Shown here piece by piece: positions 27,888 to 38,043 of a stretch of DNA of 64,000 nucleotides (within the stretch, counting starts at the first letter, position 1; every line of letters begins with the position of its first letter). Origin of the DNA: Oscillospiraceae bacterium (GTDB lineage Bacteria; Bacillota; Clostridia; Oscillospirales; UBA929). The position numbers and the translations under genes are program-made. Location: contig WRIZ01000002.1 in assembly GCA_009782475.1 (NCBI GenBank), positions 1 to 64,000 of the forward strand, written 5' to 3'. The notes under the pieces were generated by a model, which was given only the letters and a program-made list of their open reading frames with translations, was not told where the DNA came from and did no database searches.

Positions 27888-28127
27888 ATGGATTTTGACG
27901 TCATTCTATACGGCATTCTCTTCTTCTTGGTCGGCGGCGGCGGGATCACCGCCATCGTTATGGTGCTGGAAGTCAAAAAACACCGCCCCGTAAAGATGGC
28001 GGCGGACGCGGATATGTATATCAAAGCGGGCGAAACGCAAATGACGGTGGTGGAAGACGCCTTCCTGCGCACCCATACCACCAAAGTCAAAGTCGCGTCA
28101 AGCAACAATACCGTCAAAAAACGATGA
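27888..28127 (+). CDS. small membrane protein (79 aa)
   Basis: TM helix ILYGILFFLVGGGGITAIVMVL. The 15-bp gap after the upstream gene suggests the same operon. Confidence 0.4.
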   Translation: MDFDVILYGILFFLVGGGGITAIVMVLEVKKHRPVKMAADADMYIKAGETQMTVVEDAFLRTHTTKVKVASSNNTVKKR

Positions 28128-28189
28128 TGATTCCCATAGCATCCATAGTCAATACCTCCCTCAGTTATTAGCTTTTTCTATTAAGTTGG

Positions 28190-28211
28190 AAATGCAGATA
28201 ATGCTTATTAG
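28190..28211. repeat. copy 1 of a 22-bp direct repeat, aaatgcAgataatgcttattag
   Basis: 21 of 22 bases identical to 29064..29085. It overlaps the stop of the carbamoyltransferase-like gene. Confidence 0.7.
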
Positions 28212-29037
28212 GCATGTATCCCATACAGAATAACTGCTTGTTGAATATATAACAATGATTCCTTGAATCTATATCCCACAAAGAACTCGCTATTGATAAC
28301 ATCTGCTGACACTTCTTCACCACGGGTAAAAGGAGGACAAGGATTTAACATCGCGTTCGGTTTTGCGGAACACATCAAATCCATTGTTATTTGGTAAGGC
28401 TCAAAATCCTTTAAGGCTTCCTTTGCTATCGAATCTGTCAACACAATATCGCTTTGCTTTATTGCTTTCTCAATATCATGTTCCACATTGACATGTTCAA
28501 TTTCATATCCCTTTGGGCAGCAATGAGTAAAGGGTATTCCAAACGCTTTCGCCGCTTCAGCCCATGCTCTCCCTATATTTGCATTTACCCCGACGAATGT
28601 ATAGGCTAAATTTAAATAACCATCCCGTTGCTTTGATATGGCATAAAGGTCTGATAAGACTTCGCAAGGATGGTTTGTTTTTGTCATGGCGTTTATTGTG
28701 GGCATGATACTATAGCTTGAGAATTGTTCAATCAAGTCAATATTGCTGTGGCGTATCACAACGCAATCTGCCCAATTGTTCAAATACCCGGCAACATCTT
28801 CGATTTTTTCCTTTTTATCAAGGCTGTCACTTGGAATTAAAATTGGCTGTCCGCCCAATAAGCAGATGCCCTTTTCAAATGTCACCCTTGTACGGATACT
28901 GGAAGCCGGGAAAAATAATACGATTGTTTTGCCTGATAAATCTTTTTTATGTTTACCCGATTTTACTTCATCTGCAAGAATAAAAATATTATTCATATCT
29001 TGAACAGAATAGTCCGTTAATCTTATTAAGTGTTTCA
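28208..29037 (-). CDS. aspartate/ornithine carbamoyltransferase-family protein of unknown specificity
   Basis: Carbamoyl-phosphate site SIRTRVTFE (S-x-R-T-R) and an HCxP-like FTHCCPKG. The DNA is AT-rich. The start MKHLIRL is preceded by AGGAGA. Confidence 0.55.
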
Positions 29038-29063
29038 TCGAACGTCTCCTATACCTAATATAT

Positions 29064-29085
29064 AAATGCGGATAATGCTTATTAG
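29064..29085. repeat. copy 2 of the 22-bp direct repeat, aaatgcGgataatgcttattag
   Basis: Lies between the DUF3788-like stop and the carbamoyltransferase-like start. Confidence 0.7.
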
Positions 29086-29093
29086 CTACCACA

Positions 29094-29618
29094 TTAGGTT
29101 ATAATATATTTCGTAATATGATCATGCGACATTCCAATATCTAAACGCCCACATTTTTCAATGTCTTTGGGGGGGATTTTACGATTGGGTCTGCGCTTAA
29201 TTTGCACCAAGTGGATGATGTCGTCAATCAGCGAATCATTTCGCACCTCAAACCCCAGCCACTTGCCATCGTGCAAAGTTTCGGCGGAATCGTATATGTT
29301 GCGGACAGTTTCTCCAAACGTCATCCGCTGTTCTTCAAACTGATCGCGCTCTTTACCGCCGAGAGTAACGCTCACCAAAAAGAAGCCATCACGCAAATGT
29401 AAGGACAATAGAGCCTTACCGCTCCGCTTAATGAACAAATTATTGAAATGCTTATGGGTGGGTTTGCCCTCTGCCCAATTTTCGTCCATTTCGTAGTGAA
29501 ATCGAATGTAGCCGATAAGATGTTCCCACGCCGCGCTCGCATCACCAAGCATAGCCTTGACTTCGCTGTATGGCTTTGTCGGTCTGTCCATTATACCTTT
29601 CATCCTATACTGCCGCAA
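29094..29618 (-). CDS. DUF3788-like protein (paralog of 9879..10340)
   Basis: See the paralog entry for the shared pattern. Start is ambiguous: 29618, 29603 or 29591. AT-rich. Confidence 0.4.
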   Translation of the reverse strand: MRQYRMKGIMDRPTKPYSEVKAMLGDASAAWEHLIGYIRFHYEMDENWAEGKPTHKHFNNLFIKRSGKALLSLHLRDGFFLVSVTLGGKERDQFEEQRMTFGETVRNIYDSAETLHDGKWLGFEVRNDSLIDDIIHLVQIKRRPNRKIPPKDIEKCGRLDIGMSHDHITKYIIT

Positions 29619-30627
29619 TCATCGTCTCCATTAACGCATAAACATTGTTGTGAGTATTCCCAAACGCGGATAACGTGATTTTCTTATCCGGCAAATATGC
29701 AGTAAAGAACTCAACGCCCGCATCGCCGCCCACGGCGTAATAAAGCAGCTTGTTTTCCGTTTCGTGGCGATAAATACCAAGTCCGTAACTTTCTGTTTCA
29801 TTCATAACAGACTGCTTCTTTATAAATTCCGTCAACATATTTTCAGAGAAAATCCCGCCCTCGAAAACAGCACGCCATAATGTATCTAAATCACCTGCAC
29901 AAGTGTACATACCACCATCAGAGCCGCCAATAACAGGCAAGCTGAAAATATTCGTTCGTCCATTTTCCATGTACCCTAAAGCAGTATTAAAGGGAAGAGA
30001 ATCGGCGCGGTAAAAACCTGTATGCTCAAGTTTACACGGCAAGATTATCTTTTCATGCACATACTGCTGAAAAGGAAGCCCGCTTACCGCTTCAACAACC
30101 AAGCCGAGGAGAATAAACCCTGCGTTTGAGTACCCGAAGCGTTGGCCGGGTTCATATTTCGGCGGTAACGGTGTAATCATTTGCAGATAATAATCAAGTT
30201 TCTCGTACAGATAAACCGGATATTTCTTGTTTAAGGCTTCAAATTGCTGGTCGCAATCCTCGGATTCTTCGTCAAGATAATCCCCAACCCCCGATGTATG
30301 CGTAAGAAGATGAAAGACAGTTACCCTTTTATCTATTTGCCCCAATTCGTATGGTAATACATCGCAGATTTTCTCTTCAAGGGATATTTTCTCTTCATCG
30401 ATTAACTTGCAAACAGCTAACCCTGTAAACAGCTTTGTCCCGGATGCAATCCCAAACGCTGTGTCTTTGTTATTCGGTAATCTCTCACTTTGATTCCGAA
30501 AACCACAACATTGCTCGAATATTTTACCTTGCTCTCCTCTAATGGAAAACACGCCTGAGAAATCAGCGGAACCTGACCAACTACTCCAAATACGTTCAAA
30601 ATCCATATATACCACTCTCTCATTCAT
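29605..30627 (-). CDS. serine hydrolase of the beta-lactamase / penicillin-binding (class C-like esterase) family
   Basis: S-x-x-K motif in FGIASGTKLFTGLAVCKL. About 340 aa. AT-rich. Confidence 0.65.
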   Translation of the reverse strand: MNERVVYMDFERIWSSWSGSADFSGVFSIRGEQGKIFEQCCGFRNQSERLPNNKDTAFGIASGTKLFTGLAVCKLIDEEKISLEEKICDVLPYELGQIDKRVTVFHLLTHTSGVGDYLDEESEDCDQQFEALNKKYPVYLYEKLDYYLQMITPLPPKYEPGQRFGYSNAGFILLGLVVEAVSGLPFQQYVHEKIILPCKLEHTGFYRADSLPFNTALGYMENGRTNIFSLPVIGGSDGGMYTCAGDLDTLWRAVFEGGIFSENMLTEFIKKQSVMNETESYGLGIYRHETENKLLYYAVGGDAGVEFFTAYLPDKKITLSAFGNTHNNVYALMETMIAAV

Positions 30628-30666
30628 AATATTACGGTAATTAACCCGGGCGTCATGCTTAAAAAT

Positions 30667-31758
30667 CTACCTAAACTTCGGTAGTCCGTCCAGCGTGATG
30701 GCCAGCGGGCTGGTGTAGATATACTCCAAATGCTCTTTAGAGTTGGCCTTGAGGTAAGTGGTGTGCCATGTCAAAAACCACGACCAAAGCGCGCCTTCCT
30801 CAAAGGCTTTCTCAACGTCGGGGATGTCGCCGCATTCGTGGAAGGCGACCGGGCGTTCCTCGCCGAAAATCTTGACCAGCCGGTCGTACATTTTTAGCTG
30901 GGTTCCGCCTTTGTAGGTGTCCCCGGCGGCGATGTCGACATATTCATCGCCTGGATACCAGCCTGATTTGGTGTCGTCGGCGAACCCCAAGACCCATATG
31001 AGGTTGTTCAGCCCGTGATGATCGGTATACCGATCATACATCAGCCGCCACAATTCAATGAAAGCGTCGCGGCCGCCCTTGCCCCACCAAAACCATGTTC
31101 CGTCAAACTCATGGAAAGGCCGCCACAAAACAGGCACGCCCGCCTCTTGAAGCTCCAAAAGGGCTTCGGCGGCGCGATCCATTTGCGCAAGCATCCCCTC
31201 ATGAAGCTCCGACCCCACGGTCAGGGCTTCTTCCAAGTCGATTTTCCCTTTGCTCGATTCATACCCCACGCCGTTGGGCGGCGTGCCCCAATGCCAGCAG
31301 ATCGAAACAATGCCGCCGCGTTCCCACCATTCGATCGAACGCTCGACAACACCGTTAAAATCTCCATTGATGAAGTCCAACCCGCGGATGGCCGGAAGCT
31401 CGCCTGTGACTTCATAAATGTAATCCATCTCGTATTCCGGCGAACCCATCCAGGTCGATTCCTGCTGGCCGGTCAGCGTCTTGTGTTTGTAAACGCTGCA
31501 CAAATAATTGTAGAGAAGCTGCGCTTCATCGTTTGCGTCCGGGTTGCGCAGAATAGGGAAGCTGCCGTCCATACCATACAGCTCCTTTTGAACAGGGGGT
31601 TTGGGTGTGCGCGGCGGCGAGGGGGAGGGTTTGGGCGTCCACTCCAAAGCAGGGGGGGAGTCTTCCGGCGTTTCAGCCGGCGAAGTCTCGCCCGGTGTAC
31701 ATCCGGCCATCAAGAGGACTGCCAAACAGATGCAAAATAGTTTTTTCATTTCATTCAT
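30667..31758 (-). CDS. glycoside hydrolase family 26 (beta-mannanase-like) lipoprotein
   Basis: Lipobox LLMAGC. The RPFHEFDGTWFWWG motif fits the GH26 HE-N-WFWWG signature as I remember it. Confidence 0.55.
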   Translation of the reverse strand: MNEMKKLFCICLAVLLMAGCTPGETSPAETPEDSPPALEWTPKPSPSPPRTPKPPVQKELYGMDGSFPILRNPDANDEAQLLYNYLCSVYKHKTLTGQQESTWMGSPEYEMDYIYEVTGELPAIRGLDFINGDFNGVVERSIEWWERGGIVSICWHWGTPPNGVGYESSKGKIDLEEALTVGSELHEGMLAQMDRAAEALLELQEAGVPVLWRPFHEFDGTWFWWGKGGRDAFIELWRLMYDRYTDHHGLNNLIWVLGFADDTKSGWYPGDEYVDIAAGDTYKGGTQLKMYDRLVKIFGEERPVAFHECGDIPDVEKAFEEGALWSWFLTWHTTYLKANSKEHLEYIYTSPLAITLDGLPKFR

Positions 31759-33202
31759 CCCTTTCCGTTTCTTCCGCGCGGGGCAGGCGCAAGGTAACGA
31801 GAGTACCTTCTCCTATCGCACTCCAAATGATCAGTTCGCCGCCGTGCAGCCGCATAATATCATCGCTGACCGATAACCCGATGCCGCTGCCGCGCGCCGT
31901 GGAACTGCCCTTGTAAAATTTATATTTCACATGCTCCAATTCGCTCTCGGGGATGCCCTGCCCGTAGTCGCGGACGTTGATGGATACCCAATGGTCATCG
32001 AAAAACAAATCGGCGTCGATGCGTTTGCCGCTTCCGCCGTGCTTGGCGGCATTGTCGAGGATATTGACAAAAACCTGCTTCAACCGTTCTCTGTCGCCGA
32101 CCACTTCCGGCAGAACGTCGGGCTGGTGATATGTCAGGGTAATGCCCTCGCGCTTTAAGGCGTCCATGTGCAGGTATACGATCTCTTCCAGCTCGCTCGC
32201 CAAGTCAAACGGTTCGATGTCAAGCGTCAGCCGCCCGCCTTCGATCCGTGTGAAATCAAGCAGCTCTTCCACCATCTTGGAGAGCCGCGAGGTTTCCTTC
32301 AGCATGATGCGGATGCCTTTGCGCATTTCGGCGGGGTCGTTCATATCCGCCGAGAGAAGGGTCTCACCCCAACCGCTGATGGCGGTCAGCGGTGTGCGGA
32401 GTTCATGCGATACCGAGGAAATGAAATCGCTTTTCAACCGTTCGGAGGTTCGTATTTCCCCCGACATATGGTTGATATTCTCCACCAGTTCGCCCATTTC
32501 GTCGCGGTATGTTTTTTCGATCCGCACGCCGTAACCGCCTTCGGCGATGCGTTTGGCGATGCGGTTGATCTCCTGCACAGGTTTGAGGATGCTTCGTATA
32601 AAGAGGAAACTGGAGGTCAGCATGACCGACAAGAAGACGACGCTCAAAAGCGCGCCCCACAGGACAAATTGATAAACGCGCTTGTCGGCCAGTTCAAGGC
32701 TGGTCACGCAGCGCACCACGCCGACAACGCTCCCGTTTTGCAGCACAATGGGAGCGGATAACGCCATAACGCGTTCGCCGGTGTTCAGGTTTTCCCCGGT
32801 AAACGGTTTCGACGGCTCGGCGTTCAGCGCGGCCTGCACATCGGGCGTGTTGATCAGCAGCCCCGAAGCGGCAATGTTGGTCGATACCTGAAGCCTGCCG
32901 TTCCCGTTGATGAATTGCAGTTCAAACTTATCCCTGTCGGTAAAATCCTGCACTAGGATATTGATGGAGCGTATATAGTCGTCTATTGTGCCGATGTAGT
33001 TTTTAGAAACATAATTGGCGTACATCTTCGCCGGAGCCTCTAACGATGAAGTGAGCGCGGAATAGTAATAGTTGCTGACGACAATGGCCAGCGCACCCAC
33101 CGCAAGCAGCATGAGGACAAGGGAAACAGCGAGGACATTGAGGATCCAGCGTCGCTGGATGCCGGAAACGAGTTTTGTCCTGCCCAACCTTACGCGCCCC
33201 AC
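31751..33202 (-). CDS. two-component sensor histidine kinase
   Basis: Two TM helices plus an extracytoplasmic domain, HAMP, H-box SHELRTPL, and a HATPase_c with N, G1 and G2 boxes (GGSGKRID...GSGIGLS). Confidence 0.85.
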   Translation of the reverse strand: MGRVRLGRTKLVSGIQRRWILNVLAVSLVLMLLAVGALAIVVSNYYYSALTSSLEAPAKMYANYVSKNYIGTIDDYIRSINILVQDFTDRDKFELQFINGNGRLQVSTNIAASGLLINTPDVQAALNAEPSKPFTGENLNTGERVMALSAPIVLQNGSVVGVVRCVTSLELADKRVYQFVLWGALLSVVFLSVMLTSSFLFIRSILKPVQEINRIAKRIAEGGYGVRIEKTYRDEMGELVENINHMSGEIRTSERLKSDFISSVSHELRTPLTAISGWGETLLSADMNDPAEMRKGIRIMLKETSRLSKMVEELLDFTRIEGGRLTLDIEPFDLASELEEIVYLHMDALKREGITLTYHQPDVLPEVVGDRERLKQVFVNILDNAAKHGGSGKRIDADLFFDDHWVSINVRDYGQGIPESELEHVKYKFYKGSSTARGSGIGLSVSDDIMRLHGGELIIWSAIGEGTLVTLRLPRAEETERDE

Positions 33203-33897
33203 TTATAGCCGTAACCCCATACCGTTGTGATATAGGCGGGATTGGCGGTGTCGTCCTCGATCTTGATGCGCAAACGGCGGATGTTGACGTCCACGATCTT
33301 TAGGTCGCCGAAATACTCCGAACCCCATACTTTATGCAGAATTTCCTCGCGGGACAGGGCGCGGTCGGGGTTTTCCATGAAGAGTTTGACAATGTTAAAC
33401 TCCACTTGCGTCAGCCTGACTTTTACGCCGTTTTTTTGCAATGCCCGGGTACGCGCGCTGAGGGTGAACGGCCCGCTGCGCAAAACGTCTTCGGATTCTT
33501 GCGTTTCACCGCCCGCTGAGATGCCGCCCAGCCGCCTGGACAGGGCGTCGACACGGGCGATCAGTTCGGTGGGGGAGAAGGGTTTGGTGATGTAATCGTC
33601 CGCGCCCGAGACAAGGCCGGTGACTTTATCCAGTTCCTGCGTTTTCGCGGTCAGCATGATGACGCCCATTTCGGGGCGCAGGGCGCGGATGCGGCGGCAA
33701 ACTTCCAGCCCGTCCAGTTCCCCCGGCAGCATGATGTCAAGCAGGGAAAGGCGTATATCAGGGTGGTTTTGAACAAGCGCGAGAGCCTCCTCGCCGGTTC
33801 CCGCTTCCACAACATCGTAGCCGGCTCGTTTGAGGTTGATGACCACAAAACTGCGGATGCTCTCCTCGTCCTCAAGGATCAATAATTTCTGCGGCAT
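33190..33897 (-). CDS. OmpR-family response regulator
   Basis: REC domain (LLILEDEES...LDIMLP) and a winged-helix C-terminus (YITTVWGYGYKW). Confidence 0.85.
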   Translation of the reverse strand: MPQKLLILEDEESIRSFVVINLKRAGYDVVEAGTGEEALALVQNHPDIRLSLLDIMLPGELDGLEVCRRIRALRPEMGVIMLTAKTQELDKVTGLVSGADDYITKPFSPTELIARVDALSRRLGGISAGGETQESEDVLRSGPFTLSARTRALQKNGVKVRLTQVEFNIVKLFMENPDRALSREEILHKVWGSEYFGDLKIVDVNIRRLRIKIEDDTANPAYITTVWGYGYKWGA

Positions 33898-35208
33898 TAT
33901 AAACCCCTCCAATCCGCGGGGATGATTTTGAAGATGGATTTTAGCTCAGCTTCGCTCAGAGCATAGTGCGCGTATTCATCCGGTAAAGGGATGATCTCGG
34001 CGGTTGCGAACAGGTTGCCGTACTCGGCCAGGACGGTGCGGTCACGAACCGACCTCCGGTCGTTGACCGGCTGGTTCAGGTAATAGATATGAAGGAAATC
34101 AATGGGTTCCCCCTCCTCTTGAAGGAGGGAAAAGGTTGTTTTTTGCGGAGCCGAAGACAAGGTGCGCCGTACGGTATATTGTTCGGGCTGAGGCCATTGC
34201 TCGGGGAGCAAGATGTACCATGTATTGTTCATGCTGTGATATGTGCGGGCGGTTTCTTTATAATAACCGACCGAATCGTAGGCCATCCACCGTGTTTCAG
34301 TGAAAATATCTTCGCTTGATTCCTCTCCGCCCTGATAAGGCGGAAGCTCTACCAAGCGGGGGAGGCTGTAAACGCCGGAATCGTCAATATCGGCGGCGGC
34401 GAGCTCCCGGTTCCGCACCAGCATCTCGCTGACGCCTGTTTCGATGCTGGCGGAGATATTTACCAGCCCGCCGTCACGAAAAGCGATCACATCGGTGATC
34501 TCACCCGAGCCGGTTTGGTATTGTGAGGTTATCAGCAATCCAGGTTTTTTATCCAAAAGCGGCCCTGTGCGGATTCGGCGAACCGCTTCGGCACCGGGTG
34601 ACAGATAGGCTGTCGAAGCAACCGCCAGTTCACCCCCGCGGTCGGTGACCATTTCCACAAGCTGCTCGGATGTATCGACCTTGACGAGTAAAAGAGCGGG
34701 GATGCCGTTGTCTTCAATATCATAAATCGCATAACCGGAATAGGGGCTGGTGAAGATTTCTGTCAAGATGTTTTCGTCCAGTGTATACACAGAAATATAC
34801 CGCTGGCTGCCCACCTGCCATCCTACGATGATCTCCTGCCGCCCGTCGCCGTTCATATCGCAAAAGACGATGGAATGCACCGATTCGACATTCTCATAGA
34901 TGGGCGGGACGGGGATAAACTCATCGTCAACGGATAAAAAAACAGCCAAAATGTTTTCCGTTTCGTTCCGCATGAGAACAACGGCGGCTTCCGTTCCGTC
35001 CCCGGTGAGATCGGCCGTCAAGACCGCCTGCCGGTTGTCACCCGAAACAGGCGCGCTGTATGTATAACCGTCGGCAATCAAGACGTCGATTTGGGTTTGC
35101 AAATTCCGATACTGCACGGCGGGGCGGGGAGCCTGCATCAAGTTTTCCGAACCGAAGCAGCCCGAAAGCAATAAAAGAAGCGGCGTCAGAAGAAGTATCT
35201 TCCGCATT
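33897..35208 (-). CDS. lipoprotein with FG-GAP/VCBS-like repeats
   Basis: Lipobox LLLSGC. Repeats DLTGDGTEAAVV and FCDMNGDGRQEIIVGW. AGGAGG RBS. Confidence 0.5.
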
Positions 35209-35227
35209 ATGAGCCTCCTACGTAACC

Positions 35228-35253
35228 ACGGGCAGGCTCTCATGCCTGCCCGT
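35228..35253 (-). terminator. hairpin between the acpP stop and the lipoprotein gene start (weak terminator or attenuator)
   Basis: acgggcaggc tctcat gcctgcccgt, a 10-bp stem with a poor U-tract. Confidence 0.35.
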
Positions 35254-35273
35254 ACTGGTTCGCAACCCTATTG

Positions 35274-35516
35274 TTAAATATGCTCGTCGATGTATCCCGC
35301 CACATCGGCAACGGTACGGAACTCTTTCACAGCTTCTTCATCGATGGTGATCTCAAATTCCTCCTCGACAGACATCATCAGTTCAACGACATCGAGGGAA
35401 TCCGCGCCCAAGTCCTCGGCGATGTTTGTGGTATCGTTGATTTTCTCGGCGTCGATGTCAAGCTGCGCAGCAAGGATCGCGCGCACCTTCTCCGCGGTAG
35501 CGCTCATAGATGGCAT
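35274..35516 (-). CDS. acpP: acyl carrier protein
   Basis: Phosphopantetheine attachment site DLGADSLDVVELMM. 80 aa. Confidence 0.9.
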   Translation of the reverse strand: MPSMSATAEKVRAILAAQLDIDAEKINDTTNIAEDLGADSLDVVELMMSVEEEFEITIDEEAVKEFRTVADVAGYIDEHI

Positions 35517-35628
35517 CCTCCTTATAGATCGGTTATATTTACATAGAGTATAACCCGCCTGTTCGAGTATATCAAGAGGTTTTTGAAAAAAGTTTGTTTT
35601 TTTACCGATCCTTTGCTATACTGGCGGT

Positions 35629-36783
35629 ATGGAAATCATATTGCTTAAAATGGGTGAAATGGTGCTCAAAGGCCTCAACCGTTCGCGGTTTGAGTCGAGT
35701 TTGCTCAACCGTTTGCGCGCCGTGCTGGCTCCGTTCGGAACCTTTGGGGTCACCAGCCGCCAATCGGCCGTCTACGCTCTGCCTGAGGGCGTGTGCGATA
35801 TGGAAGGAGCCTTTGACGCGGCAAAACGGGTTTTTGGGTTCACATCCCTCTGCCGCGCCGTCATGTGTGAAAAAGACATCGGCGATATACGGCAAAAAGC
35901 CCTTGCCCTTCCGGGATTGAAAACCTGTAAATCATTTAAGGTGGAAGCCCGCCGCGCCGACAAAGCGTTTCCCTTTACAAGCCCGCTGATATGTGAGCAA
36001 ACCGGCGGCTTCATTCAGGAGCAAACCGGCTTGCCGGTGGATGTGCATGACCCCGGAGAGGTTGTTTGGGTCGAAGTGCGCGAATCGGCGGCCTATGTCC
36101 ATACCCGCCCCGTTGAAGGCGCGGGCGGTTTGCCGCCCGGTACGGCCGGAAAAGCCGTTTTGTTGCTTTCCGGCGGGATCGACAGCCCGGCGGCGGGCTG
36201 GCGGATGGCGCGGCGCGGGTTGTCTTTGCTGCCTGTGCATTTTCACAGTTATCCGTATACGTCGCCCGAGGCGAAGGATAAGGTATTGAAACTGGCTCGC
36301 ATCCTCTCGGAATGGTGCGGGCCGATGGTTGTAAGGGTGTTATCCTTTACGGCGATACAGGAAGCCATACGAAAAAACTGCCCCGAGGATTTGGCGACCG
36401 TTCTCACCCGCCGGAGCATGTGCCGGGTTGCCGGAGCCATCGCTTTGCGCAGCGGAGCCGGAGCCATTGTCACAGGAGACAGTTTGGGGCAGGTGGCCAG
36501 CCAAACGCTGGAGGCTTTGGCGGTAACAGAGGAAGCGTCCCCCTTGCCGCTGCTGCGCCCGCTGATCGGGATGGATAAAGAGGAGGTCACGCGTTTGGCG
36601 CGACAGATCGGAACCTTTGAAACATCCATCCTGCCTTATGAGGATTGCTGCGGGCTCTTCACCCCGCGCCACCCGCAAACCAAACCCAAATCGGAGAGCG
36701 TGTTGACGGCCGAGAGGCTGTATGACTATACATCGCTTGAAGCGGAGACACTGCAAAATGTTGAGAAGGTTGAGGTGGGATGA
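35629..36783 (+). CDS. thiI: tRNA 4-thiouridine(8) synthase
   Basis: THUMP-like N-terminus and PP-loop SGGIDSPAA. 384 aa. Confidence 0.9.
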   Translation: MEIILLKMGEMVLKGLNRSRFESSLLNRLRAVLAPFGTFGVTSRQSAVYALPEGVCDMEGAFDAAKRVFGFTSLCRAVMCEKDIGDIRQKALALPGLKTCKSFKVEARRADKAFPFTSPLICEQTGGFIQEQTGLPVDVHDPGEVVWVEVRESAAYVHTRPVEGAGGLPPGTAGKAVLLLSGGIDSPAAGWRMARRGLSLLPVHFHSYPYTSPEAKDKVLKLARILSEWCGPMVVRVLSFTAIQEAIRKNCPEDLATVLTRRSMCRVAGAIALRSGAGAIVTGDSLGQVASQTLEALAVTEEASPLPLLRPLIGMDKEEVTRLARQIGTFETSILPYEDCCGLFTPRHPQTKPKSESVLTAERLYDYTSLEAETLQNVEKVEVG

Positions 36784-38030
36784 TGCCCCTGGTCTGTGAG
36801 ATCATCGCGGTCGGAACCGAACTGCTGCTGGGCAGCATCGCCAACACCGACGCGCAGGACATATCGCAAGGATTGGCGGAGGCGGGTATCCACTGCTATT
36901 TCCACACAACGGTCGGCGACAACCCGGCGCGTTTGAGTCAGGCGTTGGCCGTCGCGCGGGAGCGCGCCGACATCATTATCACAACAGGCGGTCTCGGCCC
37001 CACCATCGACGATTTGACCAAACAGACGGTCTGCGAGGCCTTCGGCGTGCCGCTGGAACTGCATGAGGGGACATGGGAACGCATCCTTTCCTTCTTCCGG
37101 CGCATCGGCAAACCGGTGACCGAAAACAACCGCCGGCAGGCGATGGTTCCCGTGGGCGGCGTGGTTTTTGAAAACGATTGGGGAACAGCCCCCGGCTGTG
37201 GTTTTCAAGCCGGGGATACCCATATATATATGTTGCCGGGGCCGCCGAAAGAATGCCGCCCGATGTTTGCCAATTGCCTGCTGCCATTGCTGAAATCACT
37301 GACCGGGGCAACCATCCTCAGCCGGAACATCAAGGTCTTCGGTATGGGTGAATCGGCGGTGGAGGATATGCTCCGCCCGCTGATGGAGAAGTCATCCAAC
37401 CCGACGCTGGCTCCTTATGCCAAAGAAGGGGAGGTCACCCTGCGTGTTACCGCTTCGGCGCAATCAAATGAAGAGGCTTTCCGCCTGACCGAACCGATTG
37501 TGGCGGAAGTGCTGGCATTGCTGGGCGGCGCGGCGTACGGGGTGGATGTGGATTCGCTGGAAAGCGTCGTGCTGGAATTGCTGGAGGCAAACGGCGTCCG
37601 GCTGGCCGCCGCCGAAAGCTGCACAGGCGGCTTGGTGTCCGCGAAACTCACGGCCATACCCGGCGCGTCGAGGTTTTTTTTGGGCGGCGTCGTGGCTTAC
37701 GGCCGTCAGGTAAAGGAAAATGTTTTAGGAGTGCCGGAAGACTTGATCAACAAATGCGGGATGGTGTCCGGGGAGGTCGCTCTCGCCATGGCGCGGGGAG
37801 TCTGCAAGCTGACGGGCGCGGAGATCGGGCTTGGTTTGACCGGGTTGGCGGGGCCCGGCGGGGACGGCAGCAATGTCCCGGTCGGGACGGTTTGCATCGC
37901 GCTGTTTGACGCGCGGGATCGATCGCATAAAGAGGTAACCCGCAATTTCGGGGATGAACGCGGGCGTGTCCGCACCATGGCGTCACTGACGGCATTGGAT
38001 ATGGTGAGACGCCATCTGAACATGATATAA
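36780..38030 (+). CDS. cinA: competence/damage-inducible protein CinA (MoCF-binding plus nicotinamide-nucleotide amidase)
   Basis: CEIIAVGTELLLG N-terminus and a C-terminal CinA domain. 416 aa. Confidence 0.9.
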   Translation: MMPLVCEIIAVGTELLLGSIANTDAQDISQGLAEAGIHCYFHTTVGDNPARLSQALAVARERADIIITTGGLGPTIDDLTKQTVCEAFGVPLELHEGTWERILSFFRRIGKPVTENNRRQAMVPVGGVVFENDWGTAPGCGFQAGDTHIYMLPGPPKECRPMFANCLLPLLKSLTGATILSRNIKVFGMGESAVEDMLRPLMEKSSNPTLAPYAKEGEVTLRVTASAQSNEEAFRLTEPIVAEVLALLGGAAYGVDVDSLESVVLELLEANGVRLAAAESCTGGLVSAKLTAIPGASRFFLGGVVAYGRQVKENVLGVPEDLINKCGMVSGEVALAMARGVCKLTGAEIGLGLTGLAGPGGDGSNVPVGTVCIALFDARDRSHKEVTRNFGDERGRVRTMASLTALDMVRRHLNMI

Positions 38031-38043
38031 CGCAGAATCAAGG

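Noticed and set aside
27827-28117. ORF 27827..28117(-) as a gene
   Set aside because: It is fully antisense to the 79-aa membrane-protein gene that ends the upstream operon, and it has no RBS.
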